This document shows positions 56,099 through 64,000 of a DNA stretch of 64,000 nt, piece after piece. The position numbers were made by a program, and so were the translations under genes. Position 1 is the stretch's first letter. Every line of letters begins with the position of its first letter. This DNA comes from a virus (lineage: Duplodnaviria > Heunggongvirae > Uroviricota > Caudoviricetes > Crassvirales). The notes beneath the pieces were generated by a model. It saw nothing but the letters and a program-made list of their open reading frames with translations. It had not been told where the DNA came from and did no database searches. Where the stretch lies: positions 38,195 to 102,194 of IMG/VR virus record IMGVR_UViG_3300040771_000130; one strand, written 5' to 3'.

Positions 56099-57610
56099 AT
56101 GAGTGTAGGGAAATTTGTGATGACAAAATCACAAGCATGGAGTGGTTTAACATTAAAAAATCACATCTCTCAATTGTTCGGTTCTCAACCACAATTAATT
56201 TCACCGTTGACAACTGTATTGTTGCAAAATTCAGGAATGAAAAACTTAGACACAACTTTGTCTAAATTCCCTGAAAAAATTATAGCCACTGCAGATGATT
56301 TTGTGTGGAAAGTTGTTGGTTCTGATGAACGTAGCATTGCTTTAGTTGAAGCTAGGTATGCAGGAGCAGTTGTAACTGATGCTACAGTAGGTGTAGGTGC
56401 AGGTAGAGCAACTTTTGAATTAGTATTCGCTGAAAAATGGTTTACTAAAATGCATTTGATTGCAGGTCATAGACCAGATACATATCAAATGAGAATTATT
56501 GAAGATCCTTATGAAGAAGGTTCAAATTACGTTTATACTTGTGAAGTATGGGGTGGTCAAGAATCATTACTAGGTATTCCAGGAGATGAATTTTTACCAG
56601 GAAATAGATTTAGTATTGAAGGTGCTCCAGTAGAAGATGAACTTTCTATTCAAGGTGCAGGTATTCAATTTACTTCTCCTTATTTAATGAGAAATTCTGT
56701 TACTTCTATTCGTATGGAACATAAAGTTTCAGGTGCAATGATTGATTGTAAAATTCAACCAGTATATCATGCGGGTATTGAAACAAGAGACCCTAACACT
56801 GGAAAAGTACATAGTTCTACAACTTGGATGCAGGAAGTTTACTGGCAATTTGAAAAAGCTTTATCCAGAATTAAATCTCGTACTATCATGTTTGGTAAAA
56901 CAAACCGTGATGAAAATGGACGTTTCTTAAACAAGGGTAATGCTAATATTGAAATTAAAGCTGGTTCTGGTATTCGTGAACAAATGGAAGTATCTAACAC
57001 AACTTATTATAATAGATTTTCTATCCGTATGTTGGAAGATTTACTTTCTGAGTTATCTGAAGGTAAATTAGATTTTAGTGAAAGAAAATTCATGTTGCGC
57101 ACAGGTGAAAGAGGAGCTGCTCAATTTCATAGAGCTATCACTGAAATTGCTTCAGGATGGGCTACTCTGGGATTTGATAATACTAATACTAATACTATTA
57201 GTAAAACTAGTTCTCAATTTCATTCTAACGCTTATTCTGCAGGATTCCAATTTACAGAATATCGTGCTCCTAATAACATTCATGTAATGTTAGAAGTTGA
57301 CCCAATGTATGATGATAAAGTTCGTAACAAGATTATGCACCCAGATGGTGGTGTAGCTGAATCTTACAGATATGATATTCTTTATATTGGTTCTATGGAA
57401 GAACCTAATATCCAAAAAGTAAAAGTTAGAGGTTCTGATGAATTACGTGGATATATGGCAGGTATTAGAGATCCTTATACAGGTCGTAGAGGTGGAACAA
57501 TGCAATTAATGGAAGATTCTGCAACAATGACTGCTCTTGTAGAAGGAGTAGGTTCATTAGTAAAAGATTCATCTAGAACTGCATCTATGATTCCATCAAT
57601 ATTAAACTAA
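56099..57610 (+). CDS. putative major capsid protein
   Basis: 503 aa, follows the scaffold-like gene, Gly-rich with balanced composition, terminated by a strong hairpin terminator. No direct motif. Confidence 0.4.
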   Translation: MSVGKFVMTKSQAWSGLTLKNHISQLFGSQPQLISPLTTVLLQNSGMKNLDTTLSKFPEKIIATADDFVWKVVGSDERSIALVEARYAGAVVTDATVGVGAGRATFELVFAEKWFTKMHLIAGHRPDTYQMRIIEDPYEEGSNYVYTCEVWGGQESLLGIPGDEFLPGNRFSIEGAPVEDELSIQGAGIQFTSPYLMRNSVTSIRMEHKVSGAMIDCKIQPVYHAGIETRDPNTGKVHSSTTWMQEVYWQFEKALSRIKSRTIMFGKTNRDENGRFLNKGNANIEIKAGSGIREQMEVSNTTYYNRFSIRMLEDLLSELSEGKLDFSERKFMLRTGERGAAQFHRAITEIASGWATLGFDNTNTNTISKTSSQFHSNAYSAGFQFTEYRAPNNIHVMLEVDPMYDDKVRNKIMHPDGGVAESYRYDILYIGSMEEPNIQKVKVRGSDELRGYMAGIRDPYTGRRGGTMQLMEDSATMTALVEGVGSLVKDSSRTASMIPSILN

Positions 57611-57666
57611 TCAAGTCAATTACAATAGTATTGTAATTACTGACACATAAGTGTTTAAATATAAAT

Positions 57667-57696
57667 AGGGGAATGTAAAAGTTCCCCTTTTTTTTA
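57667..57696 (+). terminator. intrinsic terminator
   Basis: AGGGGAA-(8 nt)-TTCCCCT followed by T8. Confidence 0.7.
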
Positions 57697-57740
57697 ATAA
57701 TTAATAAAAATCTTTCGGAAGAAGACAAATAAATAGAAGA

Positions 57741-58607
57741 ATGGAAAAAACAATTGAAAGTAATTTTACATTACCAACAGAAATAATCACTGTTAAATAT
57801 ATTCACAGAAATAAAGGTTTAGCTGCAAACGTAGATAAAAATCACGTTATATCAGGAGGTCTATTATCTAAAGCAGTTCGTAAATTTTGTACACCTCTTA
57901 TGAGAAATGGTTCAATTGCAAATATTTTAAGTACTGATGAAAAAGAATATTTAGAAGGTATTACAGGTTTAAATTTATCAGTATATGGTGATTTTTGGAA
58001 TACATTTAGAGTATCGTTACACAAAGAAGATGCTAATAATAGATTTGATTTAAGTAATCCAATGGATTTTATTTCAATCAAAATTTTACAATCTTTAAAA
58101 AATGAAATATCTCCAGATTGGGCAAGTCGTAATACTAAACAAACATATCAATTTGCAATTTGTGGAGAAAATGAAGAAATGTTAGAATCTAAAGGTAAAT
58201 TTGATGCTAAAAAAGATGCGTTTAAACTGTATGGTAAAATTGAAGATGATAAAGAGAAATTACTTAGTATCCTTAAATTACTTACAAATAAACCTATTTC
58301 AACTGAATCTAAACTAGACTGGTTACAAACTAAAGTTGAAGAGATTGTAGATTTAAACCCTTCTCAATTCCTTAGTGTAATAAATGATAAATCACTTTAT
58401 ACTAAAATGTTAATTAATACAGGTATTGAAAAAGATGTTATAGTTAAAAAATCAAATAAGTATTCAACTAAAGATGGGTTAGATCTTTGTAATCCTGGAG
58501 AAATAGCAACTTTTGATAATGCCGTAGCATATTTAGATAATGTTAAAAATCAAGAAGTACGAAGCTTAATTGAAGCTAAAATTAATAAAATTGATAAAAT
58601 TAAATAA
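57741..58607 (+). CDS. hypothetical structural-module protein
   Basis: 288-aa ORF in the structural operon. Confidence 0.5.
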   Translation: MEKTIESNFTLPTEIITVKYIHRNKGLAANVDKNHVISGGLLSKAVRKFCTPLMRNGSIANILSTDEKEYLEGITGLNLSVYGDFWNTFRVSLHKEDANNRFDLSNPMDFISIKILQSLKNEISPDWASRNTKQTYQFAICGENEEMLESKGKFDAKKDAFKLYGKIEDDKEKLLSILKLLTNKPISTESKLDWLQTKVEEIVDLNPSQFLSVINDKSLYTKMLINTGIEKDVIVKKSNKYSTKDGLDLCNPGEIATFDNAVAYLDNVKNQEVRSLIEAKINKIDKIK

Positions 58608-58609
58608 TT

Positions 58610-59356
58610 ATGACTAATCAAGAATTCCGAAATCAATTTGACATATCGTATAATGCAATAGCGTCCATGAGTTCTCCAGGAATTGACGATTATGAATTAA
58701 GTGTTTATTTGACTAAAGCTCAATTAGAAATTATTAAAAATTATTACGATCCTTTAAGTAATCGTAAACAAAAAGGCTTTGAAGCTACTGAAAAAAGACG
58801 TAGAGATTTAAATCAATTAGTAAAAGATTACAAAACAAATACTGTTATATCTAATTCTTCTAACATTAATTCTGAATCAAAGTTTTATGTTGTACCAAAT
58901 GATTTATTTTTAATAGTTAATGAAAAAGCTAAAATAAATTCTCAAGATTGTTATAATAATAAAGTTTTAAATATTAAACCTATTACATACGACGAGTACA
59001 ATATTCAGATTGATAATCCTTTTGAAAAACCTGATAATAAAACAGCTTTTAGATTAGATATTTCAAATGTAAATAATGCTAAAGTTGTTGAGATAGTTTC
59101 ACCATATAATGTTTTTGGAACTTTAGAATATCAAATTAGATATATTAAATACCCAAAACCTATTATTATTACAAATTTAAATACAGAATTTCCTTCTGAT
59201 AATTTAACAATTGATGGTATTTTTGTAGAAACACCTTGTGAGTTAAACGATGAAATATGTAGAGAAATTTTAGATAGAGCTGTAGTATTAGCAACTGCTG
59301 ATTACAAACCTCAAAATTTACAAGTAAAGGCTCAAATGAGTCAAATGAATGAATAA
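58610..59356 (+). CDS. hypothetical structural-module protein
   Basis: 248-aa ORF, 2-nt spacing to the upstream gene. Confidence 0.5.
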   Translation: MTNQEFRNQFDISYNAIASMSSPGIDDYELSVYLTKAQLEIIKNYYDPLSNRKQKGFEATEKRRRDLNQLVKDYKTNTVISNSSNINSESKFYVVPNDLFLIVNEKAKINSQDCYNNKVLNIKPITYDEYNIQIDNPFEKPDNKTAFRLDISNVNNAKVVEIVSPYNVFGTLEYQIRYIKYPKPIIITNLNTEFPSDNLTIDGIFVETPCELNDEICREILDRAVVLATADYKPQNLQVKAQMSQMNE

Positions 59357-59386
59357 ATATTATTATAAATTAAAACAAATTAAAAA

Positions 59387-60394
59387 ATGATTACACCAAA
59401 TCAAGTAGGCGAAATTATGATTGGAAATGCAGTTGCTACAGAAACAACTGTTGCAACATTTATTACTTCTGCATCAGACAAAGAATTAAAAGTTTTGTCT
59501 AAAGATGGAACTAACGTAGCTGCAAAAAAACCATTTTATGTTTTGCAAAAAGCTGATGGTATTCCTGGAGGTTTTGAATTTTCAGATAAAGTAGATCCTA
59601 AATATGTAGAAAAAGTTACACTTGCTACATATGCTGCTGAAGTATTAGGTTCTTACAAAGTAGACGGTTTTAACACTGCGGGTGTTGTAACTGCTAAAAG
59701 AACTTATGAAGTTGAGGTTAGATTGGAAGATCAGTTATCTCCTGAAAACTTTACACTTATTCAAGGTTATTATGTAACTGGACAAGTTCTTGGTTCTGAT
59801 ACAGCAACTACTGTACGTGATGGAGTTTTACTTTCATTAAACAAAAACTTAGCTAATCGTGGTGGTAAAGAATTTACTGCTGTAGTAGATGGTACAGGAA
59901 TTTTGATTACTGAAAAAGCTCAAAAAAACAGAGTAGGTCGTGATGAAGGACGTAAATTAAAATTTTCTGTAATTGGTAAAGTTTTTGAAAATGTACCAAC
60001 AAATGGAAATAACACTAATTTAGGTTTATTAACAACTGCTAAAGTTGCTATCGCATTCCCTGGAAATGGAACAGGTAAAGATGTAACTAACTTTGAATAC
60101 GCTCTTAAAGGATTTAAATATGATCCATCTAGAGAGTATGGTTTTCCAGCAAACTTTGGTAACTTAACACCAACATATGCTTCAAATGCAGGGTTCTACA
60201 ACTTAATTCACATTGTACATTACACACCTCGAACAGAAACTTCTGTAGAGCGTCAATACAAAGTGTTAACTATTGCTGTAGATAAAGTAGCTAATACATT
60301 AGCTAACAACGCAAATACAAATACTATTTTAACTTCTATTAGAACTGCAGTTGACACTTTTGCAACTGTGCCAGCTAATTTACCAGTAGTATAA
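59387..60394 (+). CDS. putative major structural protein (tail tube/major tail or second capsid component)
   Basis: 335 aa, Ala/Gly/Thr/Val-rich, unbiased composition typical of abundant virion proteins. Followed by a strong terminator. Confidence 0.35.
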   Translation: MITPNQVGEIMIGNAVATETTVATFITSASDKELKVLSKDGTNVAAKKPFYVLQKADGIPGGFEFSDKVDPKYVEKVTLATYAAEVLGSYKVDGFNTAGVVTAKRTYEVEVRLEDQLSPENFTLIQGYYVTGQVLGSDTATTVRDGVLLSLNKNLANRGGKEFTAVVDGTGILITEKAQKNRVGRDEGRKLKFSVIGKVFENVPTNGNNTNLGLLTTAKVAIAFPGNGTGKDVTNFEYALKGFKYDPSREYGFPANFGNLTPTYASNAGFYNLIHIVHYTPRTETSVERQYKVLTIAVDKVANTLANNANTNTILTSIRTAVDTFATVPANLPVV

Positions 60395-60414
60395 TAAAAT
60401 CATAACTTAACATA

Positions 60415-60462
60415 AAGACTGATTGCAAACATTAATTTGTACGCAGTCAGTCTTTTTTTTTA
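60415..60462 (+). terminator. intrinsic terminator
   Basis: AAGACTGATTGC-(16 nt)-GCAGTCAGTCTT, a 12-bp stem with one G-U pair, then T9. Confidence 0.65.
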
Positions 60463-60473
60463 TAACAAAATAT

Positions 60474-61043
60474 ATGACAACTAAAATAAACAACTTTGAA
60501 ATTATAAATGACGGAAAACAATTACTTATTAACATTGAGGCACCTTCTCAAAGTTCTGTTACATCATTATTGTTATGGAATATAGATACTTTTAAAAATT
60601 TTGATTTAGCTTATGATTTAACTTATAAATTAGAACAAGTAGATAATATTGAATCAATTCTAATAAACGCAGAAGAACTACAACTTACAAGTTTTACAGA
60701 TATTTATTTTTTAGAGTTTGAAATAAATCAAACTGAAAATGATTGTATTAACGGTTATTTAGGAATTACGTATAATTTACAACCATATTATAAATGTATG
60801 TTAAACTTTTTATTAGAAGCTCAAAAAAATTCTAATAACGATAACGTAGATATTTATGAAAATAATTTAACAATTACTACAAATTTATTAATTAATTCTA
60901 TTGAAAAATCTTTAGAAGTTGGATATTATATAGAGGCTATCGACATGCTTAAAAAGTTAAAGAAAATATGCAATATTTCAAACTGTAAAAATTGTCAAAA
61001 AATAATATGTAATTCTTGTAGTAACTTAATAATACCTACTTAA
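60474..61043 (+). CDS. hypothetical protein (start placed after terminator)
   Basis: The track ORF starts at 60423 inside the terminator stem; the Met at 60474 (MTTKINNFEI...) is more plausible. C-terminus Cys-rich ('CNISNCKNCQKIICNSCSN'). Confidence 0.45.
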   Translation: MTTKINNFEIINDGKQLLINIEAPSQSSVTSLLLWNIDTFKNFDLAYDLTYKLEQVDNIESILINAEELQLTSFTDIYFLEFEINQTENDCINGYLGITYNLQPYYKCMLNFLLEAQKNSNNDNVDIYENNLTITTNLLINSIEKSLEVGYYIEAIDMLKKLKKICNISNCKNCQKIICNSCSNLIIPT

Positions 61044-61047
61044 TAAT

Positions 61048-61707
61048 ATGCAATCAATAAATAATAAAGCTCATTATGCAACATTGATAAGTTCTTTAAA
61101 TAAAGATTATTTAAATGTTAAATTAGGTAAAACGTTAAAACCAAATAATTTATATACGCTAGATATTGTATATAATTTATTAAATTTAAATAATTTAGAA
61201 CTTTCGAAAGAAGAAAATACAAAACTGACAAATATATATAGTAATTTAATAAACTATGCTAAAAATATATGTGTTAGTAATGTAAAATTTAATTGTGAAT
61301 TAAATACTAAAAAAATTACAATTCAATCAAATGAAGGTGATTGTGTTAATGTACCATCAACAACTTTAATAGGTAAATTATATTATTGGCAAGAAAACAC
61401 ACCTTTAACAGGTATTAATGAAATTGCACCATTAACATATAATAATGGTTACTTTGACAACAAAGCTTCAGATAGTTATTTAAACTTTGCAACTATTGGA
61501 AAAACAATTGGGTACGGTTCTTTTGGTAAAATTTGTTTTTATGCTACAAAATCTAACAATCAAATTTTTACTATATCAGATATATTAAATAATAATGTTA
61601 CTGATGTTTTTGATATTCTTTATTTACAAAATTCAAATGCTACATTATTTGTATCTAAAGATCCATATAGTGTAAGTAACATATTTTTTAAAATTACAAA
61701 ACAATAA
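61048..61707 (+). CDS. hypothetical structural-module protein
   Basis: 219-aa ORF. Confidence 0.5.
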   Translation: MQSINNKAHYATLISSLNKDYLNVKLGKTLKPNNLYTLDIVYNLLNLNNLELSKEENTKLTNIYSNLINYAKNICVSNVKFNCELNTKKITIQSNEGDCVNVPSTTLIGKLYYWQENTPLTGINEIAPLTYNNGYFDNKASDSYLNFATIGKTIGYGSFGKICFYATKSNNQIFTISDILNNNVTDVFDILYLQNSNATLFVSKDPYSVSNIFFKITKQ

Positions 61708-61724
61708 TAAACAAAATATAAAAT

Positions 61725-64000
61725 ATGGCAAATCAATATTTTGCAGATATACCTAAAGGACTTAGTGTACCAAAGCAAGTTAGAGTTGATTATAAAACAA
61801 ATATTCAAAACGAAAACACTCTTAAAAATTTAGGAGTTAATAATAACTTAGCTTTTACATATTATGAAGGTTTAGAAATATATTGTAAAGAAGAAAAAAC
61901 TAAATATGTTTGGAGAGAAGTTGTTGGAATTGAAATAGGTCTACTACCAATAAATTTTACATATCCGACATATCCTGCAATTGATGGTATTGATTATTCT
62001 GGAAAATCATTTAACTTTTTTTTAGTAAATGAAAATTCAACTCCTGCAGATGGTTCTGAAACAAAATTAATTGCTGGAAACAATGTGACAATTAGTGGAC
62101 AGGGAACAGTTGTTACACCTTATACGATTTCTGCAAATTTTGAAAGTGAACCTACATTTATTGAATCAGGTACTAATATTAATATTACAGGTACAGGTTT
62201 AGAATCCGATCCCTATATAATTAATTCTATAGTTAACGATTTAGGTTTGGTTAAACAGATTAATAATAGAATTATAGCACCTAATCAATCTTTGTCTTTA
62301 ATAAATTCTGATACTACGGGTAAAGCTTTAGTGACAAAAGAATATGTTGATAATATTACAATTCCTGTTGTAGATGGTTCTGAAACTAAAATTACAGAAG
62401 GTGATAATATTTTAATTACAGGTAATGGGACAACATCAAATCCTTATGTAATAAATTCTGTTGCTCAAGAAAATACAGTATTTATAAATTCTACAGATCA
62501 AATTAATGTTGTTGGAAATGGTACTTTAGAAAATCCGTATACATTTTTTAATTTAGGTTTAGATTTAAAAGCAAATTTAGAATCTCCTATATTTACAGGT
62601 ACTGTTACATCACCATTAATTATTGGCAATCTAACAGGTAATGCTGACACAGCTACTAAATTAGAAACACCTATTACAATCAATAGTGTGTCATTTGATG
62701 GTTCTACAAGTATCACCATTACAGATGATAGTAGAGAACCTAGAATTAATAAACAAAATAGTTTACTAGCAGATGGTACAGGAAATAAATTTGTTACAGT
62801 AGATGCAGTAAATAATGGTTTAAATACTAAGCAACCTTTGCTAATTTCTGGAACAAATATAAAAACAATAAACGGGAATAGTTTATTAGGTTCAGGTAAT
62901 GTAGAAGTTATAACTGACATTAGCAGTAAAGAAAACACCGCAAACAAACAAAATAGTCTAGCAGTTGACGGAACGGGGGTTAAATTTCCAACAGTTGACG
63001 CCGTTAATAGCGGTTTAGATATTAAAATAAATGGTAGTGGGACAACAAACTTTATACCAAAGTTTACAGGTAGTGGCACGGTTGGAAATAGTAGGATATT
63101 TGACGATGGCACAAATATAGGTATAGGCACAGATATCCCTAGTTCATCATTCTCTTTTAAAAATCAAGTTACATTTGACGACACAGGGGTTATTAAATGG
63201 GGGTTGAATGGAGATATAGGTATACTAAGTTGGGACACAGGACGAGCAATTGTAAGAGCATTAGACGGTAAAACGTTAACTTTAGGTACGGGATCACCAT
63301 CGGCAAGAGACGCTATAGTTATAGGTTTAACGGGTAATTCAATGTTTAAAACTACATCGGATAATGGCGTAGATGTAGGGCAGTTTAACGGAACTATATC
63401 AGCAAGTCCAGCCACGTTATCAAATCAAGTAGTTGTTAAGTCTCAATTGGATGCTATATCTATCCCTCAATTAGAAAGTAACGCTACTGATTTAACGGTT
63501 TGGAATAATGGGAAAGGGGATATTAGTACGAATACAAGTTTTGGCGATGGTTCATTAAAAAGTAATACGACAGGTCAAGGAAATACAAGTTATGGTCAAA
63601 ATTCTTTAAGCTTAGTTACTACAAGTAATAACAATACTTCTTTTGGTAGAACATCATTACAAAATAACACCGCAAGTAATAATACCGCAATAGGTAATCA
63701 ATCTTTAGCATCTGTTACAACAGGTGCGAGTAACACTGCATTAGGTAATTCAGCAGGACTTTTGATAGGCAATAATTCAGCTAATACAACAAGTGGTACA
63801 TCTGTTTTTTTAGGAGACAATACTAGGCCTTTAAATAACGGAGAAACAAACCAAATTGTTATTGGTCAAGGGGCAATAGGGGCAGGATCAAACACAGCTA
63901 CTTTAGGAAACTCGAGTATAACGCAAACAATTTTAAGAGGAACGGTTAGTGCAGGAAATGGAACCGCTTTAAATCATTTAGTTACAAAGGCTCAAACACT
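61725..64000 (+). CDS. tail fibre / receptor-binding protein (partial; continues past window end)
   Basis: Frame is open from the ATG at 61725 to the window end (checked codon by codon). It has ~40-aa periodic 'I(T/S)GNGT..NPY.INS' repeats, duplicated 'ADGTGNKFVTVDAVNNGL'/'VDGTGVKFPTVDAVNSGL' blocks and a terminal run of 'NTA(I/L)GN.SL...TTG..NTALG' repeats typical of fibre shafts preceding an S74-type chaperone. Minus-strand ORFs 62498..63130 and 63164..63415 are antisense artefacts. Confidence 0.6.
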   Translation, partial: MANQYFADIPKGLSVPKQVRVDYKTNIQNENTLKNLGVNNNLAFTYYEGLEIYCKEEKTKYVWREVVGIEIGLLPINFTYPTYPAIDGIDYSGKSFNFFLVNENSTPADGSETKLIAGNNVTISGQGTVVTPYTISANFESEPTFIESGTNINITGTGLESDPYIINSIVNDLGLVKQINNRIIAPNQSLSLINSDTTGKALVTKEYVDNITIPVVDGSETKITEGDNILITGNGTTSNPYVINSVAQENTVFINSTDQINVVGNGTLENPYTFFNLGLDLKANLESPIFTGTVTSPLIIGNLTGNADTATKLETPITINSVSFDGSTSITITDDSREPRINKQNSLLADGTGNKFVTVDAVNNGLNTKQPLLISGTNIKTINGNSLLGSGNVEVITDISSKENTANKQNSLAVDGTGVKFPTVDAVNSGLDIKINGSGTTNFIPKFTGSGTVGNSRIFDDGTNIGIGTDIPSSSFSFKNQVTFDDTGVIKWGLNGDIGILSWDTGRAIVRALDGKTLTLGTGSPSARDAIVIGLTGNSMFKTTSDNGVDVGQFNGTISASPATLSNQVVVKSQLDAISIPQLESNATDLTVWNNGKGDISTNTSFGDGSLKSNTTGQGNTSYGQNSLSLVTTSNNNTSFGRTSLQNNTASNNTAIGNQSLASVTTGASNTALGNSAGLLIGNNSANTTSGTSVFLGDNTRPLNNGETNQIVIGQGAIGAGSNTATLGNSSITQTILRGTVSAGNGTALNHLVTKAQT

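Noticed and set aside
56742-58081. ORFs 56742..56930 (+), 57078..57287 (+), 57842..58081 (-)
   Set aside because: Alternative frames or antisense within the capsid candidate and the 288-aa structural gene.
61620-61808. Minus-strand 62-aa ORF
   Set aside because: Spans a plus-strand gene junction; antisense.
62498-63415. Minus-strand ORFs 62498..63130 and 63164..63415
   Set aside because: Antisense to the tail-fibre reading frame, which I verified is open from 61725 to the window end; their translations are Pro/Val/Leu low-complexity mirror images of the Gly/Asn/Thr fibre repeats.
1-64000. CRISPR array, integrase/transposase, lysogeny module
   Set aside because: No short direct-repeat/spacer array. 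No tyrosine/serine recombinase motifs (R..H..R..Y, or resolvase Ser) were seen in any ORF, and no repressor/HTH pair at the divergent region. The tRNA-like elements are not accompanied by an integrase, so an att function is not supported.

Overview
AT-rich (~28-30% GC) tailed dsDNA phage genome segment, most likely from a Bacteroidetes/Flavobacteriia-infecting virus (lipobox lipoproteins, 'SQQ' signal-peptide OM protein, TAnnTTTG-like motifs). It is organised in two divergent arms. The minus-strand arm (1..43008) starts at a GC-rich gene with a strong terminator (42631..43008). It then carries an envelope/lipoprotein/small-membrane-protein block, a family-B DNA polymerase, NAD+ salvage (NAMPT + PRPP synthetase), a DnaB-like helicase, a Sak4-like ATPase, a TOPRIM primase-like protein and a ~10 kb amidoligase / GAT-II / ATP-grasp / peptidase-C26 / GGCT cluster with an embedded Rnl2-like RNA ligase. 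Further down it carries class I RNR (nrdB-nrdA) with an adjacent GIY-YIG homing endonuclease, an SLOG protein and an SF2 helicase. The plus-strand arm (43565..64000) has a T5orf172 protein, about 12 small early-type ORFs, a second GIY-YIG homing endonuclease and a GroEL-like chaperonin. It continues with large terminase, portal, scaffold, capsid and other structural genes and an open-ended tail fibre with NTAxG repeats. Three tRNA-like elements on the minus strand have good acceptor/T-arms but defective or missing anticodon arms. Several ORF-poor, GC-elevated stretches (40366..40935, 41760..42600, 43009..43564, 20797..20954) and a 16-bp inverted-repeat-bounded 200-bp element are unexplained. 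No integrase, CRISPR array or transposase was seen.
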